Positions 9,613-19,352 of a stretch of 64,000 nt of DNA are shown here, piece after piece (positions within the stretch are counted from its first letter, which is position 1; the number at the start of each line of letters is the position of its first letter). A program made the translations under genes and the position numbers. The notes under the pieces are model-generated. The model was not told the origin of the DNA, searched no databases, and was given only the letters and a program-made list of their open reading frames with translations. Source of the stretch: Clostridia bacterium (GTDB taxonomy: Bacteria > Bacillota > Clostridia > Oscillospirales > CAG-272); the NCBI GenBank assembly GCA_017520505.1, contig JAFXFN010000014.1:1115-65114 (forward strand), in the 5' to 3' direction.

Positions 9613-10278
9613 ATGAACACAAAAGTAAAGTCGATAATACTTGCACTTTGTGCATTGACCGTTGCGACTGCAACGTTATTTGCAACTCTTGCTTATCTTA
9701 CGGATAAGGAAACAGTTGTAAATACTTTTACAGTCGGCAATGTTGATATATCACTGCAGGAAACGGATGTTGATGGGGATGGAGACGAAAGTAGTAACAG
9801 CTACCATATCATTCCCGGTAACACATACGAAAAAGACCCTACAGTTACAGTAAAGTCAAGCAGTGAAGAAGCCTACGTAAGAATGATACTTACCATTCAC
9901 AACAACAGTGCGGTTAAGGCTATAATGTCCGACGACAAAAACGGTCTTGGCGGATATACTGATCTTTTTGGTGGATGGGATGAAAGCGTATGGTTATATT
10001 ACGGTACTGAGGAGAATGATGAAGAAAACACAGTATCGTTGGAATTCCGCTATTTTCAGACCGTTGATGGGTATGATGCAGATGGAAACGCATTAGATGA
10101 GGTGCTTCCTGCTTTGTTCGATACGCTGATAATTCCCGGTACACTTAACGGCGAGGAATTAATATCCTTGTATGAAAATGACTTCAAAATCGTCGTGTAT
10201 GGTCACGCAATACAGTCTGCTATGTTTGAAAGCGATGAGGATGGTGCGTGGGCTGCATTTGATGCCCAGATTGGGTAG
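9613..10278 (+). CDS. TasA/camelysin-like secreted protein with a SipW-type signal peptide
   Basis: The N-terminus reads ...ATLFATLAYLTDKETVVNTFTVGNVDISLQE. AAGGAG RBS. Confidence 0.7.
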   Translation: MNTKVKSIILALCALTVATATLFATLAYLTDKETVVNTFTVGNVDISLQETDVDGDGDESSNSYHIIPGNTYEKDPTVTVKSSSEEAYVRMILTIHNNSAVKAIMSDDKNGLGGYTDLFGGWDESVWLYYGTEENDEENTVSLEFRYFQTVDGYDADGNALDEVLPALFDTLIIPGTLNGEELISLYENDFKIVVYGHAIQSAMFESDEDGAWAAFDAQIG

Positions 10279-10346
10279 GGTAAATAAAGTAGGCTTCATC
10301 GCATTTTATGCGTTGAAATATAATTTGCAAAGAAAGGAGGAAAATC

Positions 10347-10994
10347 ATGAATAAAAAGGAAACATTAGCCGGTAGATTTGGTACAAAATCTATAGTTACG
10401 ATTATTGCTTGTGTGCTTGTTCTCTGCTGTGTCATCGGGGGTACTGTTGCTTGGTTGATAGCTGAAACTCCTCCTGTTGTAAATACATTCACATACGGAG
10501 ATATAAACATTCAGCTTGATGAATCGGATACCGGCGACGATGACGAAGATCCAAATACAAACACCTATGATATGCTTCCCGGCAATGTTATTGCAAAGGA
10601 TCCTAAGGTAACTGTTATAAAAGGCAGTGAGGATTGTTGGGTATTTGTAAAGCTTGAAAAATCTGATAACTTTGACGATTTTATGTCATATGAGATCGCT
10701 GAAGGCTGGACAGAGCTTGAAGAAGGCGTATACTACAGAGAATACGCAAAGAATGAAGACGCTGATACAGAGTATTTCGTTCTCAAGGATAATCAGGTCC
10801 TCGTAAACGGTGACGTTACGAAGGAACAGCTCAATGCGCTTAACGCAGAGGGCGAACAGAATTATCCCACGCTGACTGTAACCGCTTATGCAGTACAGGC
10901 AGATGCTGAGCTTGACGCTATTGATTCCGCTGTTGACGCATGGGCTCTGATTGCAGATCAGAATACATCGTCCGACGACGGTGCAGAAGCGTAA
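10347..10994 (+). CDS. TasA/camelysin-like secreted protein with a SipW-type signal peptide
   Basis: The N-terminus reads ...GGTVAWLIAETPPVVNTFTYGDINIQLDE. AAAGGAGG RBS. It is a paralog of 9613-10278 (both share the PGN..AKDP.VTV motif). Confidence 0.7.
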   Translation: MNKKETLAGRFGTKSIVTIIACVLVLCCVIGGTVAWLIAETPPVVNTFTYGDINIQLDESDTGDDDEDPNTNTYDMLPGNVIAKDPKVTVIKGSEDCWVFVKLEKSDNFDDFMSYEIAEGWTELEEGVYYREYAKNEDADTEYFVLKDNQVLVNGDVTKEQLNALNAEGEQNYPTLTVTAYAVQADAELDAIDSAVDAWALIADQNTSSDDGAEA

Positions 10995-11177
10995 AGGCAC
11001 TATCCGATCTGAATAAAGATCGGCTCTCCGCTTTAATATCGGCTATATGCTTTTATAAGCGGATTATTTAACTTAGTTTATTATGTGTTTAAATCGCCGA
11101 AAGCATCACGTGCAGCGACGTATGCACGGTGAATGGCACACAGTAAAGAAATATTTTTTAAGAAAGGTTTTAAAAAA

Positions 11178-12515
11178 ATGAAAAAGAAGCTTATTATCGC
11201 TTTGAGTGTTGTTATGGCTGTTTCTCTTGCAGTTGGTACAACTCTCGCTTACCTCACAGACAAGGCAACAATCGCAAACGTATTCACAGTTGGCAACGTT
11301 GACATATTTTTCGATGAACCCGACTTTCCTAAGGATGAGCCCGCAAGCGCAGCTCCCGGCGTCGCAGTTGCAAAGCAAGGCTACATCGAAAATGTTGGCT
11401 CTGTAGATGCATACGTTTGGGCAACAGTTGCAGTTCCCGCAGCTATATACAACTATGTTGATCTTGATCTTAGTGGAACAGCAGCATACTTTACTTGGAC
11501 AAATCTCGGTCAGGGCAGAGAAGTTGAAATAAACGGCGACAAGTACGTTTCTATGGCTATTCTTTGCGAGGATGTTATTATTTCAGGTGACTACGACTAT
11601 ATTCCCCTTGACGCTGTTACTGTTGACCCCAGAGTTGACTTCAACAACGAAGACGGCAAGTACTACATAGTTGAAGCAGGTCAGGCTACAGAGATCCCCT
11701 TCGATCTTTCTAACTTTGCAGTTTACTGCTCCGCTTACGCTATCCAGGCTGAAGGCTTCAACAACGTTAACGAGGCTTATGACGCTTACATGTATCAGTG
11801 GGGTGACAAGCACTTCTCCGAGGGCGCAGTTTACGTAAACACACAGGAAGCTTTCGATGAAGTTGCAGCTGAAGACGGCGCAGAAATAGTTCTCGCTAAC
11901 GGCACATACACACTTCCCGCTACAATTGGTGACGGTACTTCTATCCACGGTAACGGCAACACAGTTCTCGATACATCTTCTATCGGCAAGAATATCGTAG
12001 TTAACGATATCGCTATTGATAACGTGATCATCGAAAACGAAGAAGCTGAGGCTCTTCCCATCAGCGGTACAGCAACAATCACAAACTGCGAGCTTTCCTG
12101 CGAGCGCGGCCCTGTTGTTTACAATTGCCACGCTACAGGCGAGATCGTATTTGACAACTGCTCTGTCTCTTCCCCCACATACGCTCTTAACATCGTTGGT
12201 GAGGGTGATGTAATCATTAGAAATTCTACAATTGAAGGCTGGTGCTCATTCGGCGGCGGCGTATCCGTAACTATCGAAAACTGCATATTCAACAAGTGCG
12301 AGCTTGTTCCCGAAAACAGTGTTCTTAAGTTCTACGGCGATGCAACGATCTCCAACACTATATTCGCTCCCGAAATGACAATCAGTGCATATGAAGCATC
12401 TAAGGACGTTGTGATCACACTTGTTGGATGTTCTGTAAGCGATAGTTCTGACATTGCGAACATTACAGATGCAACAAACAAAAACGGTAAAACAGTTACA
12501 TTTGACATTCAGTAA
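11178..12515 (+). CDS. TasA-like N-terminal module fused to a parallel beta-helix repeat domain
   Basis: The leader reads ...GTTLAYLTDKATIANVFTVGNVDIFFDE. The C-terminal 200 aa hold repeated N-C/I-x-hydrophobic rungs (ITNCELSCE, VFDNCSVSS, IIRNSTIEG, TIENCIFNKC). Confidence 0.65.
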   Translation: MKKKLIIALSVVMAVSLAVGTTLAYLTDKATIANVFTVGNVDIFFDEPDFPKDEPASAAPGVAVAKQGYIENVGSVDAYVWATVAVPAAIYNYVDLDLSGTAAYFTWTNLGQGREVEINGDKYVSMAILCEDVIISGDYDYIPLDAVTVDPRVDFNNEDGKYYIVEAGQATEIPFDLSNFAVYCSAYAIQAEGFNNVNEAYDAYMYQWGDKHFSEGAVYVNTQEAFDEVAAEDGAEIVLANGTYTLPATIGDGTSIHGNGNTVLDTSSIGKNIVVNDIAIDNVIIENEEAEALPISGTATITNCELSCERGPVVYNCHATGEIVFDNCSVSSPTYALNIVGEGDVIIRNSTIEGWCSFGGGVSVTIENCIFNKCELVPENSVLKFYGDATISNTIFAPEMTISAYEASKDVVITLVGCSVSDSSDIANITDATNKNGKTVTFDIQ

Positions 12516-12674
12516 TTAAGCGCTGACTCTTGATTATTTGAATTTGATTTTGCCACTATCCGATTTCCTACCCTCTTTTGAGGGTAGGGAACGGTAATAT
12601 GTCCGCAACTACTTGCGGGCGTATTACTGTTCATGTGAAGATAAATGACATAAATGAAAGGAGTGTTAGGGGTT

Positions 12675-14096
12675 ATGTCAAAATCATGCATTGTAAAACG
12701 CATTGCTTTGCTCATATCTGTATTGATGATATTTGCCATTACGGTATTTCCGACTGTTTCATACGTCATAACTCGCACACACCCATTGGCAAACACATTC
12801 GTACCAACGACATTTCCTATCGGACAGTTGACGTTGAATAAAACGGTAGAGCATCCATTGGGAAGTGGGTATGTTATTCCTGATACGATAAAATTCTTGT
12901 TTAATATTGCTTTTGGCTCAGAGTATGCAGGAAAGACGCTGAATACAGAAAGCGGTGAAAGTTTTATTGCAGACAGTAACGGTAATATATCAGTAGCTGT
13001 AAATGCGGGTACATCACTAACATTTAACGGCATATTCGCAGGAACACCTGTTACCATTACTGAAAAGGATATTCTCCCGGGATTTTCCGTCAAGGATAAT
13101 CAAATTGAAAAAAATGTGATTATATCAGCGGATGACGTGTCTGTTGTGGATTTCATAAACGTATATTCTCCCGCTCCGGCGGAAAACAATGTGTCACTCA
13201 ACGGTGAAAAGATATTGCATGGCAGACCATGGCAACAAGGAGATAAATTTACTTTTCTGCTTGAATACCACGACGGTGAGAAATGGTTACAGCTTGATAC
13301 AAGAACTGTAGAATATGATCCGCAAGATGATGATTTCAGCAAGTTTGATTTTACAGATGTGCTTTCAAATTTACATTTCGATTCTGTTGGTGTCTATGCA
13401 TTCCGTATGACAGAGCAAGTGGGTGATGATGAAAGTATTGTGTATGATACGACCGAAAATCACTTCAATATAGCGGTTACAGATGATGATATGGATGGAA
13501 GACTTGAAATCTCATCCGTTGTTGCTTCTGAAAACGCCAAAGCTGTTGAAGAACAGACGGGATCATATACAGTAAATGTTTTGTTTAATAACTCATTTGT
13601 TTCTGCGCCTCCTCCTGAGGGTTCTGCGATAACTTCAGTAACCGTCAAGAAGACGGTTAAGAACGTTGGCACGGATTGTATAGGTCCTGAAAACTTCGAA
13701 TTTGTTCTTGAAGATGCTGTTGGCGGAAAAACTGAACTGAAGACTGACGAAAACGGTGAGGCTGCATTTGAGTTGATCTATACCGAAAAGGATATAGGAA
13801 CGCACAGTTACAAACTTTACGAGGTTAATACTGCTCTTGAAAATGTAACGTACAGTGATAAGATATATGATGTCAGTGTGACTGTAGCACTTGATGATAA
13901 TGGTGAATTGAAGGCAACTGTTGCAATCGACGGAGAAATTACCGATGATCCTGTTGCGCACTTCGAAAACATTTACGATGCTGATGTAGAAATACCGCCT
14001 ACAGGCGATATGTCACTTCCGATTATCGTAGTTTCGCTTATTACTTCAATAACGGTTATCGTTGTTTTTACAAAAAAACGCAGAAAAGTAATATAA
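12675..14096 (+). CDS. Spy0128-like (isopeptide-domain) pilin with a SipW-type leader and a non-canonical IPPTG sorting signal
   Basis: The N-terminus reads FPTVSYVITRTHPLANTFVPT. Internal segments such as YSDKIYDVSVTVALDDNGELKATV are typical of streptococcal pilin isopeptide domains. The C-terminus is EIPPTGD, a TM helix and KKRRKVI. Confidence 0.65.
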   Translation: MSKSCIVKRIALLISVLMIFAITVFPTVSYVITRTHPLANTFVPTTFPIGQLTLNKTVEHPLGSGYVIPDTIKFLFNIAFGSEYAGKTLNTESGESFIADSNGNISVAVNAGTSLTFNGIFAGTPVTITEKDILPGFSVKDNQIEKNVIISADDVSVVDFINVYSPAPAENNVSLNGEKILHGRPWQQGDKFTFLLEYHDGEKWLQLDTRTVEYDPQDDDFSKFDFTDVLSNLHFDSVGVYAFRMTEQVGDDESIVYDTTENHFNIAVTDDDMDGRLEISSVVASENAKAVEEQTGSYTVNVLFNNSFVSAPPPEGSAITSVTVKKTVKNVGTDCIGPENFEFVLEDAVGGKTELKTDENGEAAFELIYTEKDIGTHSYKLYEVNTALENVTYSDKIYDVSVTVALDDNGELKATVAIDGEITDDPVAHFENIYDADVEIPPTGDMSLPIIVVSLITSITVIVVFTKKRRKVI

Positions 14097-14309
14097 CATA
14101 TTGATTTAAAACTTCTTGTTAGAAAATGAGATTTTATCACGGCGTGATGCTCATAATTGAGTGTCACGCCGCTTTTCCTTTATTAACACGCAGCAGACAA
14201 TATTTTTGCGTGCTTTTCTTGTTAAAGTTGTGATACTCTATAAGGTTATGGCAATATTAAATGCCCCATGTGAAGTATACAGACAAAAAACAAAAGGACT
14301 TACAAATTA

Positions 14310-14346
14310 AAAAGCTTCCCCTGCTATGTAGCAGGGGAAGCTTTTT
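14310..14346. terminator. Bidirectional terminator hairpin
   Basis: aaaagcttcccctgct-atgt-agcaggggaagctttt lies between convergent genes. Confidence 0.7.
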
Positions 14347-14417
14347 GTCATGCGACGGTGGCAAAATAATACTCGCACAGTGTCATGCAATTCAGCCGCC
14401 CGCTGTTTGTTTTGCAG

Positions 14418-14924
14418 TCAGATTACTATAAATCTCCAAAGCCTTCGTCTGTCCTGTTCGTTTGCATAGTCGATGCCTACACGCACGTCGGTACGGTAAT
14501 TGGGAACATAACCGTCGTCTTCAAGCCATATTTCATTGCTTTGACAAAGATCAAGTCCGCTATAGCTTGTATTGACCGATAATTTTTTTGATACCTTACC
14601 GGGACCGTCAGCACCTTCAACGCCTCTGATGAGGACTGCTTCGGGGAAGTTTTCTTCTCCGCTTACAATATTTATAAGACTGTGTATGCCGTAGCAGAGA
14701 TAAACGTAAAGATGACCGCCCGGCAGATACATAGGCGCATTTCTTTTCGTTTTTCCGCATCTTGCGTGACACGCAGTATCATCTTCGCCCAAATAACATT
14801 CGGTTTCGGTAATTCTGCATCGTAAGATGCCATTTTCTGTTTTTCTGCAAAAGATCTTTCCGAGAAGCCACGGTGCAAGCTTATCTGCGCTTTGTATATA
14901 ATCGCTTCGTTTTAGTCGTTTCAA
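14418..14924 (-). CDS. mpg: DNA-3-methyladenine glycosylase (MPG/AAG family)
   Basis: LAPWLLGKIF...ITETECYLGEDDTACHA..GKTKRNAPMY.PGGHLYVYLCYG. I chose the TTG start at 14924 because AAGGAG lies 9 nt upstream. The longer track ORF has no RBS. Confidence 0.8.
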   Translation of the reverse strand: MKRLKRSDYIQSADKLAPWLLGKIFCRKTENGILRCRITETECYLGEDDTACHARCGKTKRNAPMYLPGGHLYVYLCYGIHSLINIVSGEENFPEAVLIRGVEGADGPGKVSKKLSVNTSYSGLDLCQSNEIWLEDDGYVPNYRTDVRVGIDYANEQDRRRLWRFIVI

Positions 14925-15050
14925 ATAATACAGCTCCTTTTTAATAATTGTCGGCACATTTTCGTAATGCTTGACGTAAATGTAAAATATATGAAAGGGC
15001 AGACTCAAATGATTTTTGAGTCTGCCCACTTAATTGCATTATAAGTTTTT

Positions 15051-17531
15051 TCAGTTTGTTCTGCGCTTGCAGATAAGCAAAACACCTGCAAGAGCAATGA
15101 ACGAAAAGCCGAGAACAGTAAACATTGTCGTACCGATACCGCCTGTTTCGGGCAATACTATACCGGATTCGTTTTCAATGACGATTGCTTTTTCATCGGT
15201 GTGGCTGAGATCGTTGATCGTCAATTCCACCGTGTTTCCGAGCTTGTTATATCCTGCGGGGGAATCTGTTTCAAGCAAATAATACGTACCGTATGCAAGA
15301 CCGTATATAGCAACCTTACCGTTTTCATCCGATTTTACAGTTGTTACCTTTTCACCTGTGAGCGCTGAGTTGTCAAAGAAAGAAACCTTTACAAACTTTC
15401 CGACAAGACCGGGAAGCTCTGTAAGTCCCTCAATTTCTGCGCCTACTTCATCAGCCGTAGCCGTGCGGTATACTTCAAATACAGCGTTGGGAAGCAGCTT
15501 GCTGTTGTCTTTGGAATCCACCTTCAAAAGGTTGATAGCGCCTGTGTATACATAAGGCTTGTCGGATTCCTTTTCGAGAACTTCATCGGCAGAATTGATA
15601 TACTTTACTGCAGCCTGGTTGGGTATCTGTGTTGCCATTGTTGCATTTGCGTTGATCTTTGCATCGAAGTAAATGCGGAGCATATAATTGCTGTACTTGT
15701 TTTCACCGATAGCGGCTGCAATTTTTGCCATACCTTCAACTGTAAGCTCTACGCTGAAAGAGTCGGAGGGCTTGCCGTCAGAAAGGGAATCAACGTCTGT
15801 CAATGTAACATTGTAATCAGCGCCGAGGCTCAACTGCAAGGGATCTGCTGTCTGTTCCTTGTCTTCAAGGAAGACCTTGAGATTTCCTGCGTAATCAAGA
15901 CGGTTGTCAAGCGTATCTGTAACAACGTACGATTTACCGTCTGCGATATCTGAGGGAATTGTTGTTCCGATGATCCATGTGTGCTCTTCATAAGCGTTTA
16001 CGGAAGCTTCATCATTGCCGATGAAAATAACGTCTTTTTCTATCTTTATAGTGGGCTTTAATTCATTCTTCGGGTTGATCGTAACTTCATATACAGGCTC
16101 GTTTGTAACGGGATCTCTGTCAGGAATAACGACATAGAAAGGATCAAGCGGTTTAACTATCTTCGGGCTGTTACGCTCAACGATCAGATATACACCGTCG
16201 GGAAGTCCGTGGTAGAGCAGATTCAATGATGCGTTTCCGTTTTCATCTGTTATGAGTGTATATTCCGAAATGTTGGGATAATCATATTCTGTAGCCTCGG
16301 GAAGCTTAACTGCACCCGACTCATATTCTTCTTTCGTTGCGACGAGATAAATGTCAAATATGATATCGCTGATAGGCTCGCTTCCGTTTTCTTTATTTGT
16401 TGTCTTGTGAATGTTGATAATACGCTCATCAGCGGCAACAGCTTCCGCATAAACGGGATGACGGCCGTTGTTGTAACCAACCATGGACTGCGATGTTCCA
16501 CGCTCTCCCTCAGCATCGAAATAGAAAAATCCTGCTGAGGTCTGATAACCCGAGATGGAAAGTTTAACTTCGCCTGAAGCTACCGATGCGGGAACATTGT
16601 TAAGTGTCAATGTAATTGTTTGTTCTCCGTTTGTAAGTGCGGATGTTGAAGTGTAATTTTCACCAAGCTGAGCTTTAAGTGTGAGTGAATCGCCCTCTCT
16701 TATTTCTACATCTATCGTGGTTGTAACGGAAATGTTATATGTACCGTCCGGATTTCTTGTAAGAACAGGACGGTTCAAATTTTTAAACGAAGCAGAGGAA
16801 ACAGTTTTTTCTGCAGCTTCGATGGGTTCAAGGGATATAAGGTAGTTAAATGCTGCTTCAATTCTGCTATTTACAAGCTCAATCCCCATAGCTTTTACTT
16901 CATCATAAGAACAAAGACTTGCGTACTTTGTCATGCTGGGCTTTAAAAAGCTTCTGCAGTATTGAGGAAATGTAAGAATTGAACCGTGAGATATTCTCCA
17001 AATAGCAAGCTGCGTTGCGGAAATGGCTTCACCGACTGTCAAATTTTCGATTCCGGCAGCTTCGCCTAATTGTGCTGCCTTTTCCTTGACTCTTACTGCG
17101 TGTGCATCAATCGACTCATCTTTTATCGGAATAACATAAAATCCTTCTGTCAATATTGCACGAATGCGACCGGCTGAAGTTCCTGCAAAAGGTGAGTCTT
17201 CAATGTTCATACGACGATAATTTGCACCTTTGTTCGCAGTTGTGGTAATGTCACAGCAATATGCGGGAAAGTGGTCTCCTGAAAGTTGGTCATACATAGT
17301 GTAAACATTTACCGTTGACCAACTTTTCTCCCAATTTTCAAGGTCGTATGAGAATGAACAAGGACTCTGATACTGGAACATAAAATCTCCGTTACTGTCT
17401 CTGTCCAAAACGTATGTGCTGCTTTCCGTTACATCTGTGTCAGCTGCAAAAACTGTTGAAGATATTGCAGGAACGATCAAAAGAACGGAAATAATAAAGG
17501 AAATGATTTTTTTGACTGATTTGAGTTTCAT
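15051..17531 (-). CDS. LPXTG-anchored adhesin with an N-terminal thioester domain and SpaA/CnaB-type isopeptide domains
   Basis: Signal peptide MKLKSVKK...STVFA. The thioester pair is AYCCD (Cys92/93, codons at 17253-17258) and ATQLAIW (TQxAIW). The C-terminus is VLPETGGIGTTMF, a TM helix and KRRTN. Confidence 0.8.
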   Translation of the reverse strand: MKLKSVKKIISFIISVLLIVPAISSTVFAADTDVTESSTYVLDRDSNGDFMFQYQSPCSFSYDLENWEKSWSTVNVYTMYDQLSGDHFPAYCCDITTTANKGANYRRMNIEDSPFAGTSAGRIRAILTEGFYVIPIKDESIDAHAVRVKEKAAQLGEAAGIENLTVGEAISATQLAIWRISHGSILTFPQYCRSFLKPSMTKYASLCSYDEVKAMGIELVNSRIEAAFNYLISLEPIEAAEKTVSSASFKNLNRPVLTRNPDGTYNISVTTTIDVEIREGDSLTLKAQLGENYTSTSALTNGEQTITLTLNNVPASVASGEVKLSISGYQTSAGFFYFDAEGERGTSQSMVGYNNGRHPVYAEAVAADERIINIHKTTNKENGSEPISDIIFDIYLVATKEEYESGAVKLPEATEYDYPNISEYTLITDENGNASLNLLYHGLPDGVYLIVERNSPKIVKPLDPFYVVIPDRDPVTNEPVYEVTINPKNELKPTIKIEKDVIFIGNDEASVNAYEEHTWIIGTTIPSDIADGKSYVVTDTLDNRLDYAGNLKVFLEDKEQTADPLQLSLGADYNVTLTDVDSLSDGKPSDSFSVELTVEGMAKIAAAIGENKYSNYMLRIYFDAKINANATMATQIPNQAAVKYINSADEVLEKESDKPYVYTGAINLLKVDSKDNSKLLPNAVFEVYRTATADEVGAEIEGLTELPGLVGKFVKVSFFDNSALTGEKVTTVKSDENGKVAIYGLAYGTYYLLETDSPAGYNKLGNTVELTINDLSHTDEKAIVIENESGIVLPETGGIGTTMFTVLGFSFIALAGVLLICKRRTN

Positions 17532-17777
17532 TTTTAAATGTCCTTCCTATATTTTTCCTTATTTCATCAATTTATCATTTTATCATTATCTTTTTATTTT
17601 GTCAAGGTAAAATATTAATTACCATAAATAATCAAATTCCACACGTTATTTAAAGTGATAATGTGTGCCGTATGTGATTAACATTTTAGAATTTTAAGTG
17701 AAACATTGCTTCATATCTTGAAAAAAATTATGATGTGTGTTACAATGGTATACGAACTGTTTAATTGGAGAAAACCG

Positions 17778-18620
17778 ATGAATAAAATATGTGATCTGCA
17801 CACACATTCCGTTTTTTCTGACGGAACGTATACACCGAGCGAAATAATAAGCGAAGCGTTAAGTGTCGGTTTGTCGGCAGTTGCGCTTACTGACCATAAT
17901 GCGGCATACGGACTCGGCGAATTTATATCCGCAGCTTACGGTAAAAATATCGATGCGGTCGCAGGTGTGGAATTTTCAACAGATTATGACGGGAAAGAAC
18001 TGCACATTCTCGGACTTTTCATAAAGCCTGAATACTTTACACAAGTGACACAGCTGATGCTGGATGTAAATAAAAGAAAAGAACAAAGCAATATACAACT
18101 CATAGAAGCCTTGAAACGTGTCGGAATCATTCTTGATTATGAAGAGATAAGAGCCTCGGCGCTTAACGGAATGGTAAACCGTGCCCACATTGCAGGCGAG
18201 ATGATGAAAAAAGGATATACAAGCTCTGTAGCAGAGGGATTTGAAAAATATCTGGCACCGTCAAAAGGATTTTATAAGCCGCCCAAAAGACTGACTACGT
18301 TACAGACTATAGACTTTATTCATTCAATAGGCTCGGTGTCAGTTCTTGCACATCCGTTTTTAAGCCTTGAAGAAAACGAGCTTTTACGCTTTTTGTCCTC
18401 GGATGAAAGTTGTGGCTTGAACGGTATTGAATGTTATTATTCTACCAACGACGATGCGACAACAGCAAAATCTTTGCACATAGCCGCTGAATTCGGACTT
18501 ATACCGAGCGGAGGAAGCGACTTTCACGGTGACAGAAAGCCTGATATTAAGCTTGGCACAGGAAAAGGAAATCTTAAAATACCTTATGAATGTTACAAGC
18601 AGTTAAAAGAATTGATTTAA
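17778..18620 (+). CDS. PHP-domain phosphoesterase
   Basis: CDLHTHSVFSDG...LTDHN...AHP...GGSDFHG metal-binding motifs. GGAG RBS before ATG 17778. Confidence 0.8.
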   Translation: MNKICDLHTHSVFSDGTYTPSEIISEALSVGLSAVALTDHNAAYGLGEFISAAYGKNIDAVAGVEFSTDYDGKELHILGLFIKPEYFTQVTQLMLDVNKRKEQSNIQLIEALKRVGIILDYEEIRASALNGMVNRAHIAGEMMKKGYTSSVAEGFEKYLAPSKGFYKPPKRLTTLQTIDFIHSIGSVSVLAHPFLSLEENELLRFLSSDESCGLNGIECYYSTNDDATTAKSLHIAAEFGLIPSGGSDFHGDRKPDIKLGTGKGNLKIPYECYKQLKELI

Positions 18621-18626
18621 TTTATA

Positions 18627-18656
18627 AATGGCGGTGAAATTTCACCGCCATTTTTA
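18627..18656 (+). terminator. Rho-independent terminator
   Basis: aatggcggtgaaatttcaccgccatt followed by tttt. Confidence 0.75.
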
Positions 18657-18901
18657 ATCTCAAAAGTAAAATAAGTGACGCAAAAAGTGAATAAAGTGTA
18701 AACTTCTTTCGTTTTTTGATTTATTAAATGGGAAATTAGTTAAAAGACTTGCAAAATAAAAAAAAGTATGATATTATGCAAAAGGTGTAAAAAAATTATA
18801 CAATTTATACAGAATTTAACCGCAAAAAAACTCTACAATGTCAAATGTTTACATTCACAAGCCGTGTCTGCGGACAAATATTTTCGTTATGCGGGGGAAA
18901 T

Positions 18902-19348
18902 ATGACGGATAAGGAGCTACGAAAGCTTACAAGAGGCGAGTTGCTCGAAATGCTTATTGTTCAGACTGAGCGAAATGAAACGCTGAATACTGAGCTTGAA
19001 GAAGCGAAGCGCCAACTTAAAGATAGAAAAATAATATGCGCAAATGCAGGATCTTTGGCTGAAGCATCATTACAGATCAACGGTGTATTTAAAGCCGCAG
19101 AGCAGTCGGCAAGCCAATATCTTGAAAATTTAGAGCGTATGAGTGCTGAATGTGACAAGGAAAAAGCATATATCCTTGATTCGGCAAGAAAAGAAGCGGA
19201 CAAAATAAAGGCAGAAGCTGAAAAGTACAGCGAAGATGTCCGCAAAGAAGCAGATGAGTATTGGAATTGTATTTATGAAAAGGCTCAAGCAGTTTTAAGA
19301 GAACAGAATGAGCTTAAAAGATTAGCATTCTCCATTGAAAGGAAGTGA
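18902..19348 (+). CDS. Coiled-coil protein of unknown function
   Basis: MTDKELRKLTRGELLEMLI... followed by a long charged heptad-like sequence. RBS GGGGGA. Confidence 0.6.
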   Translation: MTDKELRKLTRGELLEMLIVQTERNETLNTELEEAKRQLKDRKIICANAGSLAEASLQINGVFKAAEQSASQYLENLERMSAECDKEKAYILDSARKEADKIKAEAEKYSEDVRKEADEYWNCIYEKAQAVLREQNELKRLAFSIERK

Positions 19349-19352
19349 TTCC

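Noticed and set aside
12509-13093. Long antisense ORFs inside well-supported genes. Examples: 12509-13093, 11583-12131, 43240-43944, 44231-44863, 60961-61623, 61502-61946, 22381-22839 and 23818-24279
   Set aside because: Each lies fully within a gene on the opposite strand that has clear family motifs. Their translations are low-complexity or Ser/Cys/Arg-rich shadows without RBSs.
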